From Candidatus Methylomirabilis sp. (GTDB taxonomy: Bacteria > Methylomirabilota > Methylomirabilia > Methylomirabilales > Methylomirabilaceae): a stretch of DNA of 32,825 nt. The notes below the pieces were generated by a model that saw only the letters and a program-made list of their open reading frames with translations, was not told the DNA's origin and made no database searches. Of the stretch, positions 1-9,852 are shown in pieces. Each line of letters opens with the position of its first letter. Position 1 is the first letter of the stretch. A program made the position numbers and the translations under genes. The DNA lies in the NCBI GenBank assembly GCA_041498975.1, contig JBGQJI010000009.1:1-32825 (forward strand). Reading direction: 5' to 3'.

Positions 1-372
1 CTCACGCTGGCATTATGGTTAGTCTGGGCACGGCGATTGAGGCAACCAGATTACGCGCTCGCGCTGCTCGGCTTGTCGGCCGCCTATCTGATGCTGTTTA
101 ACTCGATGACGGAGTCGAACAGCTACGTCGTCCTTTCCCCAGCGATTGCGGTCATGGCGACACGCCTATTGCTTGTGGAAGGCCGCCGGGTGGGATGGTT
201 GCTGGTGGGCCTGGCAGTCGCTTTAGGGAACGCTTCCTATGGCGATCCGATCTGGCCGCTGACCAAGCTGTGGCTAAAGCCGACGGTCGCGCTGAGCTTT
301 GTGGGGTTTTTGATTTACGATGGTGCTCGCCGGAGGCGAGTGAGCGAAGTGGCACGCCCTGCCTCCAGTTGA
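1..372 (+). CDS. 3' end of a GT87/DUF2029-like (GT-C fold) membrane glycosyltransferase, truncated by the window edge
   Basis: Frame 1 is open from base 1. Hydrophobic helices and LFNSMTESNSYVVLSP resemble the C-terminal motif of the two GT87 genes downstream (SPISSKSHYVVLLLP). Confidence 0.6.
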   Translation, partial: LTLALWLVWARRLRQPDYALALLGLSAAYLMLFNSMTESNSYVVLSPAIAVMATRLLLVEGRRVGWLLVGLAVALGNASYGDPIWPLTKLWLKPTVALSFVGFLIYDGARRRRVSEVARPASS

Positions 373-456
373 CCTATTGGATTAGAAGCGGCGGACCCGG
401 ATGACGCATTCAGAGATTCAACTTCTTGAACTTCGATCCCCGCGATCTCGAACACA

Positions 457-1308
457 ATGGGAATAACCAGGCAGATACGAATAAGCGAGTTGGCTCTTGG
501 TGGAGGCGCGCCGCTTCTCCTGATTGCGGGTCCCTGTGTGATCGAGAGCGAGGATCACCTGCTCAGAACCGGCGACGCGATTAAGGCGGCCTGTGAGGCA
601 TATGGGGTTCCTTTCGTCCTGAAGTCCTCATTCGATAAGGCCAATCGGTCCTCAGGCCGTTCATTTCGCGGTCCGGGTCTAGAGGAGGGGCTTCGGATAT
701 TGGGGCGCGTGAGAACGAAGCTAGGCGTGCCCGTGCTCTCCGACGTGCACGAGGTGAACCAGGTGTCGGCAGCGGCAGAGGTGCTGGACGTCATCCAGAT
801 CCCGGCCTTCTTGTGTCGCCAGACCGATCTCCTCTTTGCCGCTGGCCGGACCGGCAAGCCGGTCAATGTCAAGAAGGGGCAATTCCTTTCGCCGTGGGAT
901 GCCGGCAATATCGTCGAGAAGCTCAGGTCCGTTGGCTGCGAGCAGGTCATCCTGACTGAGCGTGGAACGAGCTTTGGCTATAACAACCTGGTAGTGGACA
1001 TCCGCTCACTTCCGGTCTTGCGCAGCTTTGGCTGTCCGGTGCTGTTCGATGCTACCCACAGTTTACAACTGCCGGGCGGCGCAGGGCACGCCTCTTCAGG
1101 GCAGGCCGAGTTCATCCCGTTCCTTGCGCGCGCCGCCGTGGCAGCAGGGGTCGATGGTCTCTTCATGGAGGTTCATCCTGACCCCGCCTACGCGCCCAGC
1201 GACGGGCCAAACATGCTCCGGCTCGATGCGCTGCCGGGACTCCTGGAGCAACTGACGGCAGTTCAGCGCGCGGTGGCGCCCTTTATCAACACGAAGGAAA
1301 GGGTATAG
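457..1308 (+). CDS. kdsA: 3-deoxy-8-phosphooctulonate (KDO8P) synthase
   Basis: Motifs [63 protein letters not shown]. Confidence 0.97.
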   Translation: MGITRQIRISELALGGGAPLLLIAGPCVIESEDHLLRTGDAIKAACEAYGVPFVLKSSFDKANRSSGRSFRGPGLEEGLRILGRVRTKLGVPVLSDVHEVNQVSAAAEVLDVIQIPAFLCRQTDLLFAAGRTGKPVNVKKGQFLSPWDAGNIVEKLRSVGCEQVILTERGTSFGYNNLVVDIRSLPVLRSFGCPVLFDATHSLQLPGGAGHASSGQAEFIPFLARAAVAAGVDGLFMEVHPDPAYAPSDGPNMLRLDALPGLLEQLTAVQRAVAPFINTKERV

Positions 1309-1394
1309 GGTATAGGGTTTAGGGTCAGCGCTGTTAGGGAGTCGTGAATCCTCTGTTTTCCCTAGACCCTGTACCCTCCCCCCTATACCCTGAT
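1300..1394. repeat. Inverted pair of 7-nt tandem arrays (AGGGTAT-type / CCCTATA-type)
   Basis: AGGGTAT AGGGTAT AGGGTTT AGGGTC (1300-1326) and CCCTAGA CCCTGTA CCCTCCC CCCTATA CCCTGAT (1360-1394). Confidence 0.85.
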
Positions 1395-1404
1395 CTTTGC
1401 TGAT

Positions 1405-3228
1405 ATGCAAACGCCCCTGCAGCAGTTCCCCCGCTTTCTCCGCTACGCCGCCCCCTATCGGGGGAGGATCATTCTCGCCATTGCCTTCCTGTTTCTCATC
1501 GCCCTCCTCAACGCCGTTTCCATCGGGTCGCTCCAGCCGGTCTTCGACGGCCTCTTTATTCCGCAGGGAGGCAGCTCTGGTATAAGCCTTCCCGGCCCGG
1601 TCAAGGCCATGTTGGGCCACCGCCTGGTTCAGCTACAGGGTTTCCTGCAGGCACATCAGATCAGCGTCCTCACCTTCATCGGGGTTGCCCTCTTCTTCAT
1701 CTTCCTGGCGAAGGCGGCACTGACCTATCTACAGCAGGTCCAGATGCGTTATGTCTCAGAAGGGATTCAGAGGGACGTCCGGAACGGTTTGTATACGCAC
1801 CTCCAGACCCTCCCTCTGAGCTTCTTCACCCGCCGTTCGACGGGGGAGATCATGTCCCGTCTCGGCTCCGACGTGGAAACGCTCGGTGATGCCTCGACCG
1901 AGTTGTACCGTAATGCTCTTCGAGAGCCACTGAACATCGTCGGCCTGATCCTTCTGCTCTTCCTGATCAAGTGGCAGCTCGCGTTCTTCTCGCTCATCGT
2001 CCTGCCGGGAGCTATCCTCCCGATCGTGAAGTTCGGGGCGAAGATCCGCCGCAGAGGGACCAGGGTCCAGGAGACACGCGCCGAGTTGAACACGATCCTG
2101 CAAGAAACCATCTCAGGCGTCAGGATCGTCAAGGCCTTCGGTATGGAGGAGTACGAGAAGCGACGATATTGGGACGCGAGCGACCAGGTCTTCCGGTCCT
2201 TTATGCGGATCTGGCGCGTCGATGCCCTTACCTCGCCCGTCCTGGAGGTCCTCGGTTCCGTTGGGATCGTGATCGCGTTCTGGGCTGGCGGCTACCTGGT
2301 CCTCAACAGGAGCCTCACACCGGGGGCTTTCATGGCATTCCTCGGGGCCCTGGGTTCCCTCTACCAGCCCGTGAAGCGGATCGGCCAGATCAACAACGTC
2401 ATCCAACGGGGAATGGCCGGCGCCTCTCGGGTGTTCGAATTGATGGACCTTCGGTCCGAAGTCTCGGAGCGGCCGGACGCCGTGACGCTCGGGCGGATGC
2501 AGGAAGGGATCCTTTTCCACGACGTCTCGTTCGGATACGAGCCGGACCGGGTCGTTCTTCAGGGGATCACCTTGAGCGCCAAGCTGGGCGAGATCGTGGC
2601 TATCGTTGGCAGCAGCGGGGCAGGGAAAACCACCCTGGTCAACCTTCTGCCCCGCTTTTACGATCCCACATCCGGGGTCATCACCATCGATGGAGTTGAT
2701 ATCAGACGGGTCACCATCCGGTCGTTGCGGGAGCAGATGGGAATCGTCACGCAAGATACGATACTGTTCGACGACACCGTCTTCAACAACATCGCGTACG
2801 GCCAGCGCACTGTCGCTCCGGACAAGGTCGTGGAGGCGGCCAGGATCGCCAACGCCGAGGAGTTCATCGAAGCCTTGCCCAAGCAATACGAGACCAGGAT
2901 CGGCGAGCGGGGCGTCCGCCTGTCCGGGGGTCAGAAACAGCGGATTGCCATCGCCAGAGCTATTTTCAAGAACCCTCCCCTCTTGATCCTGGACGAGGCG
3001 ACTTCGGCCCTTGACGCAGAGTCGGAGCGATTGGTCCAGGAGGCTCTGGACCGGCTGATGGAGAACCGGACCACGTTTGTGATCGCTCACAGGCTCTCCA
3101 CCATCATCAGGGCCGACAAGATCCTGGTCTTGGACGGCGGAAGGCTGGTCGAGCAGGGGACCCATGCGGCGCTGATGGCGCGAGGTGGGATCTACTACCG
3201 GCTCTACCAGAGCCAGTCGCCAAGTTGA
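1405..3228 (+). CDS. msbA: MsbA-like lipid A/LPS ABC exporter (fused TMD-NBD)
   Basis: N-terminal TM domain, Walker A GSSGAGKT, signature LSGGQ, Walker B LILDEATSALD, IAHRLST. Located in a Kdo locus. Confidence 0.85.
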   Translation: MQTPLQQFPRFLRYAAPYRGRIILAIAFLFLIALLNAVSIGSLQPVFDGLFIPQGGSSGISLPGPVKAMLGHRLVQLQGFLQAHQISVLTFIGVALFFIFLAKAALTYLQQVQMRYVSEGIQRDVRNGLYTHLQTLPLSFFTRRSTGEIMSRLGSDVETLGDASTELYRNALREPLNIVGLILLLFLIKWQLAFFSLIVLPGAILPIVKFGAKIRRRGTRVQETRAELNTILQETISGVRIVKAFGMEEYEKRRYWDASDQVFRSFMRIWRVDALTSPVLEVLGSVGIVIAFWAGGYLVLNRSLTPGAFMAFLGALGSLYQPVKRIGQINNVIQRGMAGASRVFELMDLRSEVSERPDAVTLGRMQEGILFHDVSFGYEPDRVVLQGITLSAKLGEIVAIVGSSGAGKTTLVNLLPRFYDPTSGVITIDGVDIRRVTIRSLREQMGIVTQDTILFDDTVFNNIAYGQRTVAPDKVVEAARIANAEEFIEALPKQYETRIGERGVRLSGGQKQRIAIARAIFKNPPLLILDEATSALDAESERLVQEALDRLMENRTTFVIAHRLSTIIRADKILVLDGGRLVEQGTHAALMARGGIYYRLYQSQSPS

Positions 3229-3243
3229 CGGCTCAGGCGCAAA

Positions 3244-3271
3244 GGCTCCGGGTTCCGAGTTTCAGGTTCAA
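3244..3271. repeat. Single-arm 7-nt tandem array
   Basis: GGCTCCG GGTTCCG AGTTTCA GGTTCAA shortly after the msbA stop. Confidence 0.6.
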
Positions 3272-3299
3272 CGATGGGCATTGAAGTGGGTGCTGCGCC

Positions 3300-4382
3300 A
3301 TGAGAACTGTGGCGTGTGACCTCTGCGGTGTGACCGAGGGTTCGGTTCTCTTCGTCGAGCGGGACCCGCGTGCCCCCGACGGCGAGCGGTCCTTCGGGGT
3401 GGTTGAGTGTCAAGGCTGTGGGCTCATCTACCTCAGCCCAAGGCCCGAGGGATCGGAGATGGCCGCGTATTACCGGGAGGAGTACTACGATGACCTCGGG
3501 CCTGTCAGGGGGTCCGAGCGGCGGCCGTCTGGATCGCTGAGGAGGCGGCTACTGCGCTCGCTGCTGGAGCGCTTCTATCATTACCCGATCAAGCCAGGCG
3601 ATGCCCCATCCCGAGCGACCGGCGTGAGCGGGCTCATGAAGACGGCATGCCTCTACCTGGAGCGCTTGCGGCTCCGGGTACGGGGCCGTGAAGCGGCCAT
3701 CATTCCATTCACTGGCGATGGCCGGCTGCTGGACGTGGGGTGCGGGACCGGCAACGGGCTCGAATTCTTCAGCGACTTGGGGTGGCACGTGACGGGAGTT
3801 GAGATGAGCCCCTATGCAGCGTCGATGGCGCGGCGACACTTGGGCTGCGACGTCCTGGTGGGCGAATTCGAGGAGGTGCCACTTGGCGACGAAAGCTTCG
3901 ACGTGGTCCGGTTCTCTCACAACCTCGAGCACCTCGCCAGCCCCAGAAAGGCGCTGGAGAAGGCTCGCCGGGTTCTCCGGCCGGCAGGCCTCCTCTGGAT
4001 CGAGGTTCCGAATGTGGCGAGTATCGAGCGACGGCTCTTCGGAAGACACTGGTTTTGCTGGGACCTGCCCAGGCACCTCTATCACTTCACCCCAGAGACA
4101 CTAGAACGGTTATTGGCATCGACGGGGTTCCGACCTGTAAAGATAAAGTGTGATGGCAGGGTGAACTTCTTCGTTGAGAGTCTGTCCAACGTGCTGGCGC
4201 GCTGGCTTGGTATCCGTCCGCGGGGGACGAAGCTCATTTCGGCCATGGCGAGGCCTCTGGTCTATGCGATGGGAGCGATGAATTATGGCGGAATTCTAAC
4301 TGTGCACGCTGAGAAAGACGAGGCGTGGAGGCCGGTTTCTCACGGGAAGCTGGATCGCGTGCCTGGCGGATCTGGAGGATGA
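3300..4382 (+). CDS. Class I SAM-dependent methyltransferase with N-terminal Zn-ribbon (glycan-cluster type)
   Basis: CDLC and CQGC pairs, LLDVGCGTG motif I, FDVV..SHNLEH, EVPN, PRHLYHF. Confidence 0.9.
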   Translation: MRTVACDLCGVTEGSVLFVERDPRAPDGERSFGVVECQGCGLIYLSPRPEGSEMAAYYREEYYDDLGPVRGSERRPSGSLRRRLLRSLLERFYHYPIKPGDAPSRATGVSGLMKTACLYLERLRLRVRGREAAIIPFTGDGRLLDVGCGTGNGLEFFSDLGWHVTGVEMSPYAASMARRHLGCDVLVGEFEEVPLGDESFDVVRFSHNLEHLASPRKALEKARRVLRPAGLLWIEVPNVASIERRLFGRHWFCWDLPRHLYHFTPETLERLLASTGFRPVKIKCDGRVNFFVESLSNVLARWLGIRPRGTKLISAMARPLVYAMGAMNYGGILTVHAEKDEAWRPVSHGKLDRVPGGSGG

Positions 4383-5377
4383 GCGCAGTCGATCTGAGCG
4401 TTGTCACAGCGGTCAGGAACCAACTGCCGCACAATCAACTATTCCTGGAGACGCTGAGGGCCTGCCGCACCGTCCGTACCGAACTGATCATTGTGGACAA
4501 TGACTCCACCGACGGGTCGGCAGAGTTATTCCGGAGTGCCGGCGCCCGCGTGATTCCCACTGGGGGAAACCTCTGCTATCCCGAAGCGATGAATCTGGGG
4601 TTGGCTGAGGCAAAGGGCGAGTTCGTGGGGTTCCTCAACAACGATCTCGTGCTCAGCGCCGGATGGGACGAAGAACTGATAAAGGCGCTGGACCGGCACG
4701 GCCTCCCGGTGGTTTCCCCTATCGGGATCGAGCGAATGCCCACCAGGGGGTTGACGCGCGCCGTCCAGGAGCGCTGGCGTGTCGTGAAGCGGCGGATCGG
4801 ACCGATCCGGACGGCGGAGGAGTTGCGCGCTGCGGTTCGGGCGATGTACGGTGACTGGGAGGTTTTCTGCAAAGAGATCGGGGCCGTCTTCGGGGATCGG
4901 CTGGTCTCCGGGATCGTCGGAAGCTGCGTGGTGAGCCGCAGGTCGTTCATGCGGGCGATCGAGGGCTGGGACACCCGCGTCCGGGCCGCGGATTGGGATC
5001 TCTATCTGCGCCTTTGTGAGCGAGCCGAGGCGGTCGGCGACATTGCGCCCCCCATGGTCGTCGGCTACGTGTATGTCCACCACTACGTGCAGGCAACGCG
5101 ACGGGGCGAACGTGCTCCGTTTACCTGCACGCATCCTACCCTGACCGTCCAGGAGAAGTGGGGGCAGCCCGCCATTCATCGGTGGTTCTTCGATCCGGCC
5201 ATCCTGGCGGCGCGACCCCGGCTTTTTCTCGCTCCCGCGGACTACCTCGCCGCTCGGGCGAGGAGGCTCGGCACCGACGCCCGAAGGGGGATCTCCCTCA
5301 TCAGCATGCTATTCCGCGGGCTCCCTGACGCCAGGGAACTCCTGGCTCAGGTGGGAAGGGAGGGAGTACGGACCTGA
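4379..5377 (+). CDS. Glycosyltransferase family 2
   Basis: ATG overlaps the upstream stop (ATGA). Motifs LSVVTAVRN, IVDNDSTDGS, N.G..EAKGEFVGFLNND, DWDL. Confidence 0.88.
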   Translation: MSAVDLSVVTAVRNQLPHNQLFLETLRACRTVRTELIIVDNDSTDGSAELFRSAGARVIPTGGNLCYPEAMNLGLAEAKGEFVGFLNNDLVLSAGWDEELIKALDRHGLPVVSPIGIERMPTRGLTRAVQERWRVVKRRIGPIRTAEELRAAVRAMYGDWEVFCKEIGAVFGDRLVSGIVGSCVVSRRSFMRAIEGWDTRVRAADWDLYLRLCERAEAVGDIAPPMVVGYVYVHHYVQATRRGERAPFTCTHPTLTVQEKWGQPAIHRWFFDPAILAARPRLFLAPADYLAARARRLGTDARRGISLISMLFRGLPDARELLAQVGREGVRT

Positions 5378-6564
5378 GGGATCCTGTCGATGCAGGGCGG
5401 GGATCGACGCCGATCCGGGTCCTCTATCTTCACGGCTTCACGCGGGTAGGAGGAGCTGAGCGGGCGCTCCTTTGGCTGGTAGACGCCATCCGCCAGATGG
5501 CGGTCGAACCCCTTGTGCTCTGGCCACAGAAGGATGAAGCCTCCGCGTGGCTGGAGGAGCGAGGCGTCCGCGTCTCCCCTCTCAAGGTCCCCCCCTGGAG
5601 GCATGGATTCTCCTGGCCCCTTCTCCCGCTCTTTTTGTCCTCCCTGCGACGCGTCGCGGAACCTGCGGATATTGACTTGGTCCATGTGAACAATTACCGC
5701 TCGGCGCACTTCGGGAAGTACGTCTCGCAGTGGGCCGGGGTCCCGTGCGTGTGTCATGTCCGTGAATTGGTCACCCCGGAGAAGATACGGCAGTACCGCC
5801 TCAGGTCGCTCGATGCCTTGATCGCAGTCTCAGAGGCCGTTGGCCATACCCTGGTCGAGGGTGGAATACCGTCTGATCGCGTGACGATCATCCGCTCTGG
5901 AATCGCCCTTCAGACGGCGCCCCCTGAGGGACAGACCGTCGCCCTGCGGGAGAGGCTGGGCATCTCCCCGGACGATCCGGTTCTGGGCATCGTCGCTCAC
6001 ATTCTGCCCCATAAGGGGTACGATGACCTGATCCAGGCGCTCGCGATGATCAAGGAAAAGGTTCCTCATGTGAGGTGCGTGATCGTAGGAGAGGCGCCCC
6101 GGAGGCGATATCTCCGACATCTGCTGGATCTCGCGGAGCGAGTCTCCGTCAGGGATCGTGTGATCTTGGTCGGCCCCCAGGGGGATGTCGCACCGTTCCT
6201 GCATGCGATGGATCTGCTCGTCCTTCCATCCCACACCGAGGGATTGTCCATCACAATTCTGGAGGCGATGGCAGCCGGCAGGCCGGTGGTCGCGACGTCG
6301 GTGGGAGGAACTCCGGAGGTGGTCCGCGATGGGGAGACAGGCATCCTGGTCCCCCCTCGAAACTCCGGGCGACTTGCCGAGGCGGTGATCAAGCTCCTGG
6401 AGGCCCCAAGGCTGGCCAGGGCGATGGGGCAGGAGGGGCGAAAGCGAGTGGAGGCCCTGTTTACCATGGAGGCCGAGGCCGGACGCACCTCCATGGTCTA
6501 CCGTCAGGTCCTGGCAGCCTCCTCGGCGGATTCGGCAATGGTTCGACCCGCAGGGGGGCGGTGA
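5374..6564 (+). CDS. Glycosyltransferase family 4, with a probable non-canonical CTG start
   Basis: The frame continues upstream of ATG 5497 through the GT4 N-terminal motif IRVLYLHGFTRVGGAERAL. C-terminal HKG and PSHTEGLSITILEAMAAG. CTG at 5374 overlaps the GT2 stop (CTGA), 7 nt after GGAG. Confidence 0.85.
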   Translation: MRDPVDAGRGSTPIRVLYLHGFTRVGGAERALLWLVDAIRQMAVEPLVLWPQKDEASAWLEERGVRVSPLKVPPWRHGFSWPLLPLFLSSLRRVAEPADIDLVHVNNYRSAHFGKYVSQWAGVPCVCHVRELVTPEKIRQYRLRSLDALIAVSEAVGHTLVEGGIPSDRVTIIRSGIALQTAPPEGQTVALRERLGISPDDPVLGIVAHILPHKGYDDLIQALAMIKEKVPHVRCVIVGEAPRRRYLRHLLDLAERVSVRDRVILVGPQGDVAPFLHAMDLLVLPSHTEGLSITILEAMAAGRPVVATSVGGTPEVVRDGETGILVPPRNSGRLAEAVIKLLEAPRLARAMGQEGRKRVEALFTMEAEAGRTSMVYRQVLAASSADSAMVRPAGGR

Positions 6565-6762
6565 CGCATACGCCGTCTTTCCCCCCGCTTTGGCGCCCCC
6601 ATCGAGCGTGGTTCACTATCGAGCTGAAACCGTGGGTTCCGTCCGCCGGATTTGCCTTCTTTCCGGCCCACTAGGCGCGATCAGCCGGGTGCGTCCTAGC
6701 CTACTGCCCCAGCGCTGCTATGACTGCTCGGCGGATGGTGGGCACTGATCAGGAGAGCTCGG

Positions 6763-7751
6763 GTGTCCTGGACTCATAAGGGGGTCTTGGTGACAGGCGC
6801 GGGCGGCTTTATCGGGAGCCATTTATGTGAGGCGCTGCTGGACGCCGGCGCTGAGCTGACGGCGATGATTCGGTATAGCTCCCAAGCTGATTGGGGGAAT
6901 CTTGAGTTCCTATCACGGGAACACGAGGCGGGGTTGCGCGTCGTCGCCGGGACCATTGAAGACAGCGCCTGCGTGACGCGTCAGGTGAAAGGGAAGGACG
7001 GTCTGTTTCATTTGGCGGCGCTCATAGGCATCCCCTACTCATACACCGCTCCAGTGAGCTATCTGCGAACCGACGTAGAAGGGACTCTTCATGTCATGGA
7101 AGCGGCGCGGCAGCGTGGTGTCGGGAGGGTTGTTCACACCTCTACATCCGAAGTCTACGGCACTGCCCTCTATACCCCTATCGACGAAGGCCATCCGCCG
7201 CAGGCCCAGTCGCCGTCTTCCGCCTCGAAAATTGGGGCGGACAAAATCGTTGAGAGTTACTTTGCATTCTTTGATCTCCCGGTGGTCATCATGCGCCCGT
7301 TTAACGCGTACGGGCCACGCCAGTCGGCCCGTGCCGTCGTCCCAACCATCATGAGCCAGGCCCTGACACGGCGGGAGTCCGCCTCGGAGGCCCGAGTCCA
7401 GTCCGCGATCTGACCTTCGTGAAGGATACGGTGATGGGCCTGATCAAGGGCGCAGAAGCTGAGCAGGCCAATGGCGAGACCATCAACATCGGCTCTGGTC
7501 ACGGCATCACCATCGGCGATCTTGCCGCGACTATCCTTGCTCTTATGGGGTGTCATGCGCCTATCGTGCTGGACCCGCATCGCATTCGTCCCGCGAAGTG
7601 CGAACTTGCCGAGCTTGTGTGTGATAACGCCAAAGCTCTCAAACTGACCCGATGGAGACCCAGATGTCCCCTGGAGGGAGGGCTGAAGGAGTCCATTGCA
7701 TTTGTCTCTCGACACCAGGATCAGTATAAGCCGGAAACATACGCCGCATGA
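6763..7751 (+). pseudogene. NAD-dependent nucleotide-sugar epimerase/dehydratase, frameshifted
   Basis: TGAGGFIGSH, HLAALIGIPYSY, STSEVYG. A 1-nt loss near 7377 is followed by RLGGPSPVRDLTFVKDTV in another frame. The catalytic YxxxK reads SSASK. Confidence 0.85.
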
Positions 7752-7761
7752 GAAGTGATCT

Positions 7762-7980
7762 ATGCAACCGTTGATTCTTGCCGGTGGGAAAGGAACCCGT
7801 CTGCGACCGTATACGACTGTGCTGCCGAAGCCGCTGATGCCGGTCGGTGATTATCCGATCCTCGAGATTATCCTGGGGCAACTCAGGAGCGCTGGCGTCA
7901 CGGAGGTGATTCTGGCTGTTGGGCGCATGGGCCAACTCTTCCAGGCGTTTTTCCAGGGATGTTCTGGCGCATTACGGTAG
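7762..7980 (+). pseudogene. Truncated sugar-phosphate nucleotidyltransferase (N-terminal ~65 codons only)
   Basis: ILAGGKGTRLRPYT..LPKPLMPVGD.PIL. Similarity is lost after FQAFFQ, followed by an early stop. Confidence 0.88.
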
Positions 7981-8095
7981 CGTAGAGAAACTTCATCGCA
8001 TCGTAGGGCAAGTGCCGCGAACAAGTCTCGAGACAACGCTCAAGTGCATACTGGATGAAGCGATCCATCGACACGGGCGTCAAAAGGTCTGCTGA
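7958..8095 (+). pseudogene. Orphan C-terminal fragment of a second NAD-dependent epimerase
   Basis: Manual translation DVLAHYGSVEKLHRIVGQVPRTSLETTLKCILDEAIHRHGRQKVC* matches the extended-SDR tail pattern. It has no start codon. Confidence 0.6.
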
Positions 8096-8296
8096 GCAGG
8101 GACAAAGGCATCTTCCTCAAAAGGCCGGCCGGAACACGATGCAAGGAATGGACATGGGTGGAGGCCTCGGTGGTGGGCAACTCCTTTCTGGCTTCGAAGG
8201 GAAAGGACTTAGATGCCTGAAGGCTTCCCCTGACGGAGGCCTGCCGCCGGTCTTCATCCCGGGGCCGATAGCTCCTTTGGCGGGCGGCTGGCTGTC

Positions 8297-9601
8297 GTGT
8301 TGAGCGAGGTGTGCTCCCGTTCTTGGACGCGGCGGATTTTTATTGCGGCGTGTGTCGTCGCAGTGGCGGTGCAGTGGGTCGCGATCGTGCAGCGTCGCGC
8401 CAACCATCTGGGCGATTTCGATGTGTCGCGCGAGTTCGGCAGGAGGTTTCTGGCGCAACAATATTTGTATGCGGGGGGTGTGCACTACCCCTACATGCCG
8501 AGCGCCGCCATGTACTTTGCCCCGCTTGCGGTGATCAATCCGGGCCTCGGCATTGCGTTGCGCTACTCCGTGGCCGTGGGCTGCCTGTGGCTGACGCTGC
8601 GCATGCTCAAGAAGATGGTGTTGGGGCGTTCCCAAGAGATCTCCTCGAAAGGTTTCGCCGTTGTGAGCCTAACGCTTGTGCTCGGGTCGCACTATATCAT
8701 CCGTGACCTGGACGACGGCGGCCCGCACCTCATCCTATTGGCCGTCCTGGTCGGCGGGATCTACTGCGCCTGGAAAGGGCAGGAATCCATCGGCGCTCTC
8801 TGGTTCGGCCTTGCAACCGCCCTGAAAGCGCCGGCCGGGCTGTTTTTGCTGTTCTTCGTCTGGAAACGACAGTGGCGCATGGCCGCCGGCACTGTGGCCG
8901 CCACGGCCTTCTGGGTCGCCCTCCCGATGGTGTGGATGGGGCCCGCAGGCTGGTGGAGGCACCAGGTAGAGTGGACGCGGGTCGCGTTCAGGTCTGTGGT
9001 TGGCGATCGAACGGCGGTCGCCGAGATGAGCGAGCAGCGGGTGCAGAATCAGGCGCTGAGGCCGGCGGTGATGCGGTACTTGGTGACGTACCCCGAGGGG
9101 CATGCCCTGCGGCTTCCGCATCCCGGCTATGTTCCGGTCATGAACCTGCACCCCATGACGGCGAACCGGCTGGCAACTGGGGTGATGCTCGGCCTGCTGG
9201 CCATCTTTGGCTGGCGCACGCGGCGCCGCCATCAAGAGAAGCCTGACCCGGAGTGGCTGCTGGAGGCCAGCGCGGTCCTGATCCTGGCGCTCCTCCTCTC
9301 GCCGGTGACCTGGTTGCAGCATCTCGTGCTGATGGTGCCAGCCTTCTACCTGATCGTGGCCGAGGCCTGGGGCTTCAGGAAGCTTGGGAAGGCTGCCTCT
9401 GCGGCGATGGCGGCGTATGTCGTGTTCGCGTTGGTACTGAACCGTGAAGTGCTGGGCAAGGACCTCTACCTCTTGTTGCTCAGCTATCACACGCACACCT
9501 TGGGGATGCTCCTGGTGTTGGGAGTGCTCCTCCTGCGACGCTCAGGACCGCCGGTCCCGCTCATTCCGCAAGCTGCCGCGCACAGTCATGAGCGGTTCTG
9601 A
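8297..9601 (+). CDS. GT87/DUF2029 family (GT-C) membrane glycosyltransferase
   Basis: About 10 TM helices. GDFDV after TM1, YPYMP, ALKAP, QNQAL, LSPVTWLQHLV. Confidence 0.82.
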   Translation: MLSEVCSRSWTRRIFIAACVVAVAVQWVAIVQRRANHLGDFDVSREFGRRFLAQQYLYAGGVHYPYMPSAAMYFAPLAVINPGLGIALRYSVAVGCLWLTLRMLKKMVLGRSQEISSKGFAVVSLTLVLGSHYIIRDLDDGGPHLILLAVLVGGIYCAWKGQESIGALWFGLATALKAPAGLFLLFFVWKRQWRMAAGTVAATAFWVALPMVWMGPAGWWRHQVEWTRVAFRSVVGDRTAVAEMSEQRVQNQALRPAVMRYLVTYPEGHALRLPHPGYVPVMNLHPMTANRLATGVMLGLLAIFGWRTRRRHQEKPDPEWLLEASAVLILALLLSPVTWLQHLVLMVPAFYLIVAEAWGFRKLGKAASAAMAAYVVFALVLNREVLGKDLYLLLLSYHTHTLGMLLVLGVLLLRRSGPPVPLIPQAAAHSHERF

Positions 9602-9748
9602 CAAGCGGGTTCTCGCCCGCTTTCGAGGATCTTCCGAAGCGGATCACCGCCGAATTTCCACTACCTCTTGTCGAGATGGACCATGACAATCCGCTGATAC
9701 TGTGCGGAGCATGAATGAGGCGACACTTGAGCCCAGGCCGCACAGTCC

Positions 9749-9769
9749 GGGGGAGAGTCCAATGAGGGG
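9749..9769 (-). repeat. Degenerate half copy of the CCCTC...CTCTCCC hairpin family
   Basis: The minus strand reads CCCCTCA TTGGA CTCTCCCCC. Confidence 0.4.
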
Positions 9770-9852
9770 CGGGCGGCGGTGTCATCTATTTCCCGTCCCG
9801 CTTAGTAATTCCTCGAGCGCGTCCTGTTTTTGGGCCAACTCAGGAGCTTCGA

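Noticed and set aside
424..452. Additional heptamer arm before kdsA (a similar weak one lies at 23516-23556)
   Set aside because: Too degenerate to distinguish from chance by eye.
1300..1326. Plant-telomere-like TTTAGGG repeat
   Set aside because: Only one exact unit is present. It is better explained as one of the local heptamer arrays.
6561..6674. 37-codon ORF coupled to the GT4 stop (GTGA)
   Set aside because: No recognisable homology. It could be a gene remnant, but this cannot be supported from the sequence.
8055..8303. 82-aa ORF before the first full GT87
   Set aside because: No motif, overlaps the epimerase remnant, and is probably spurious.
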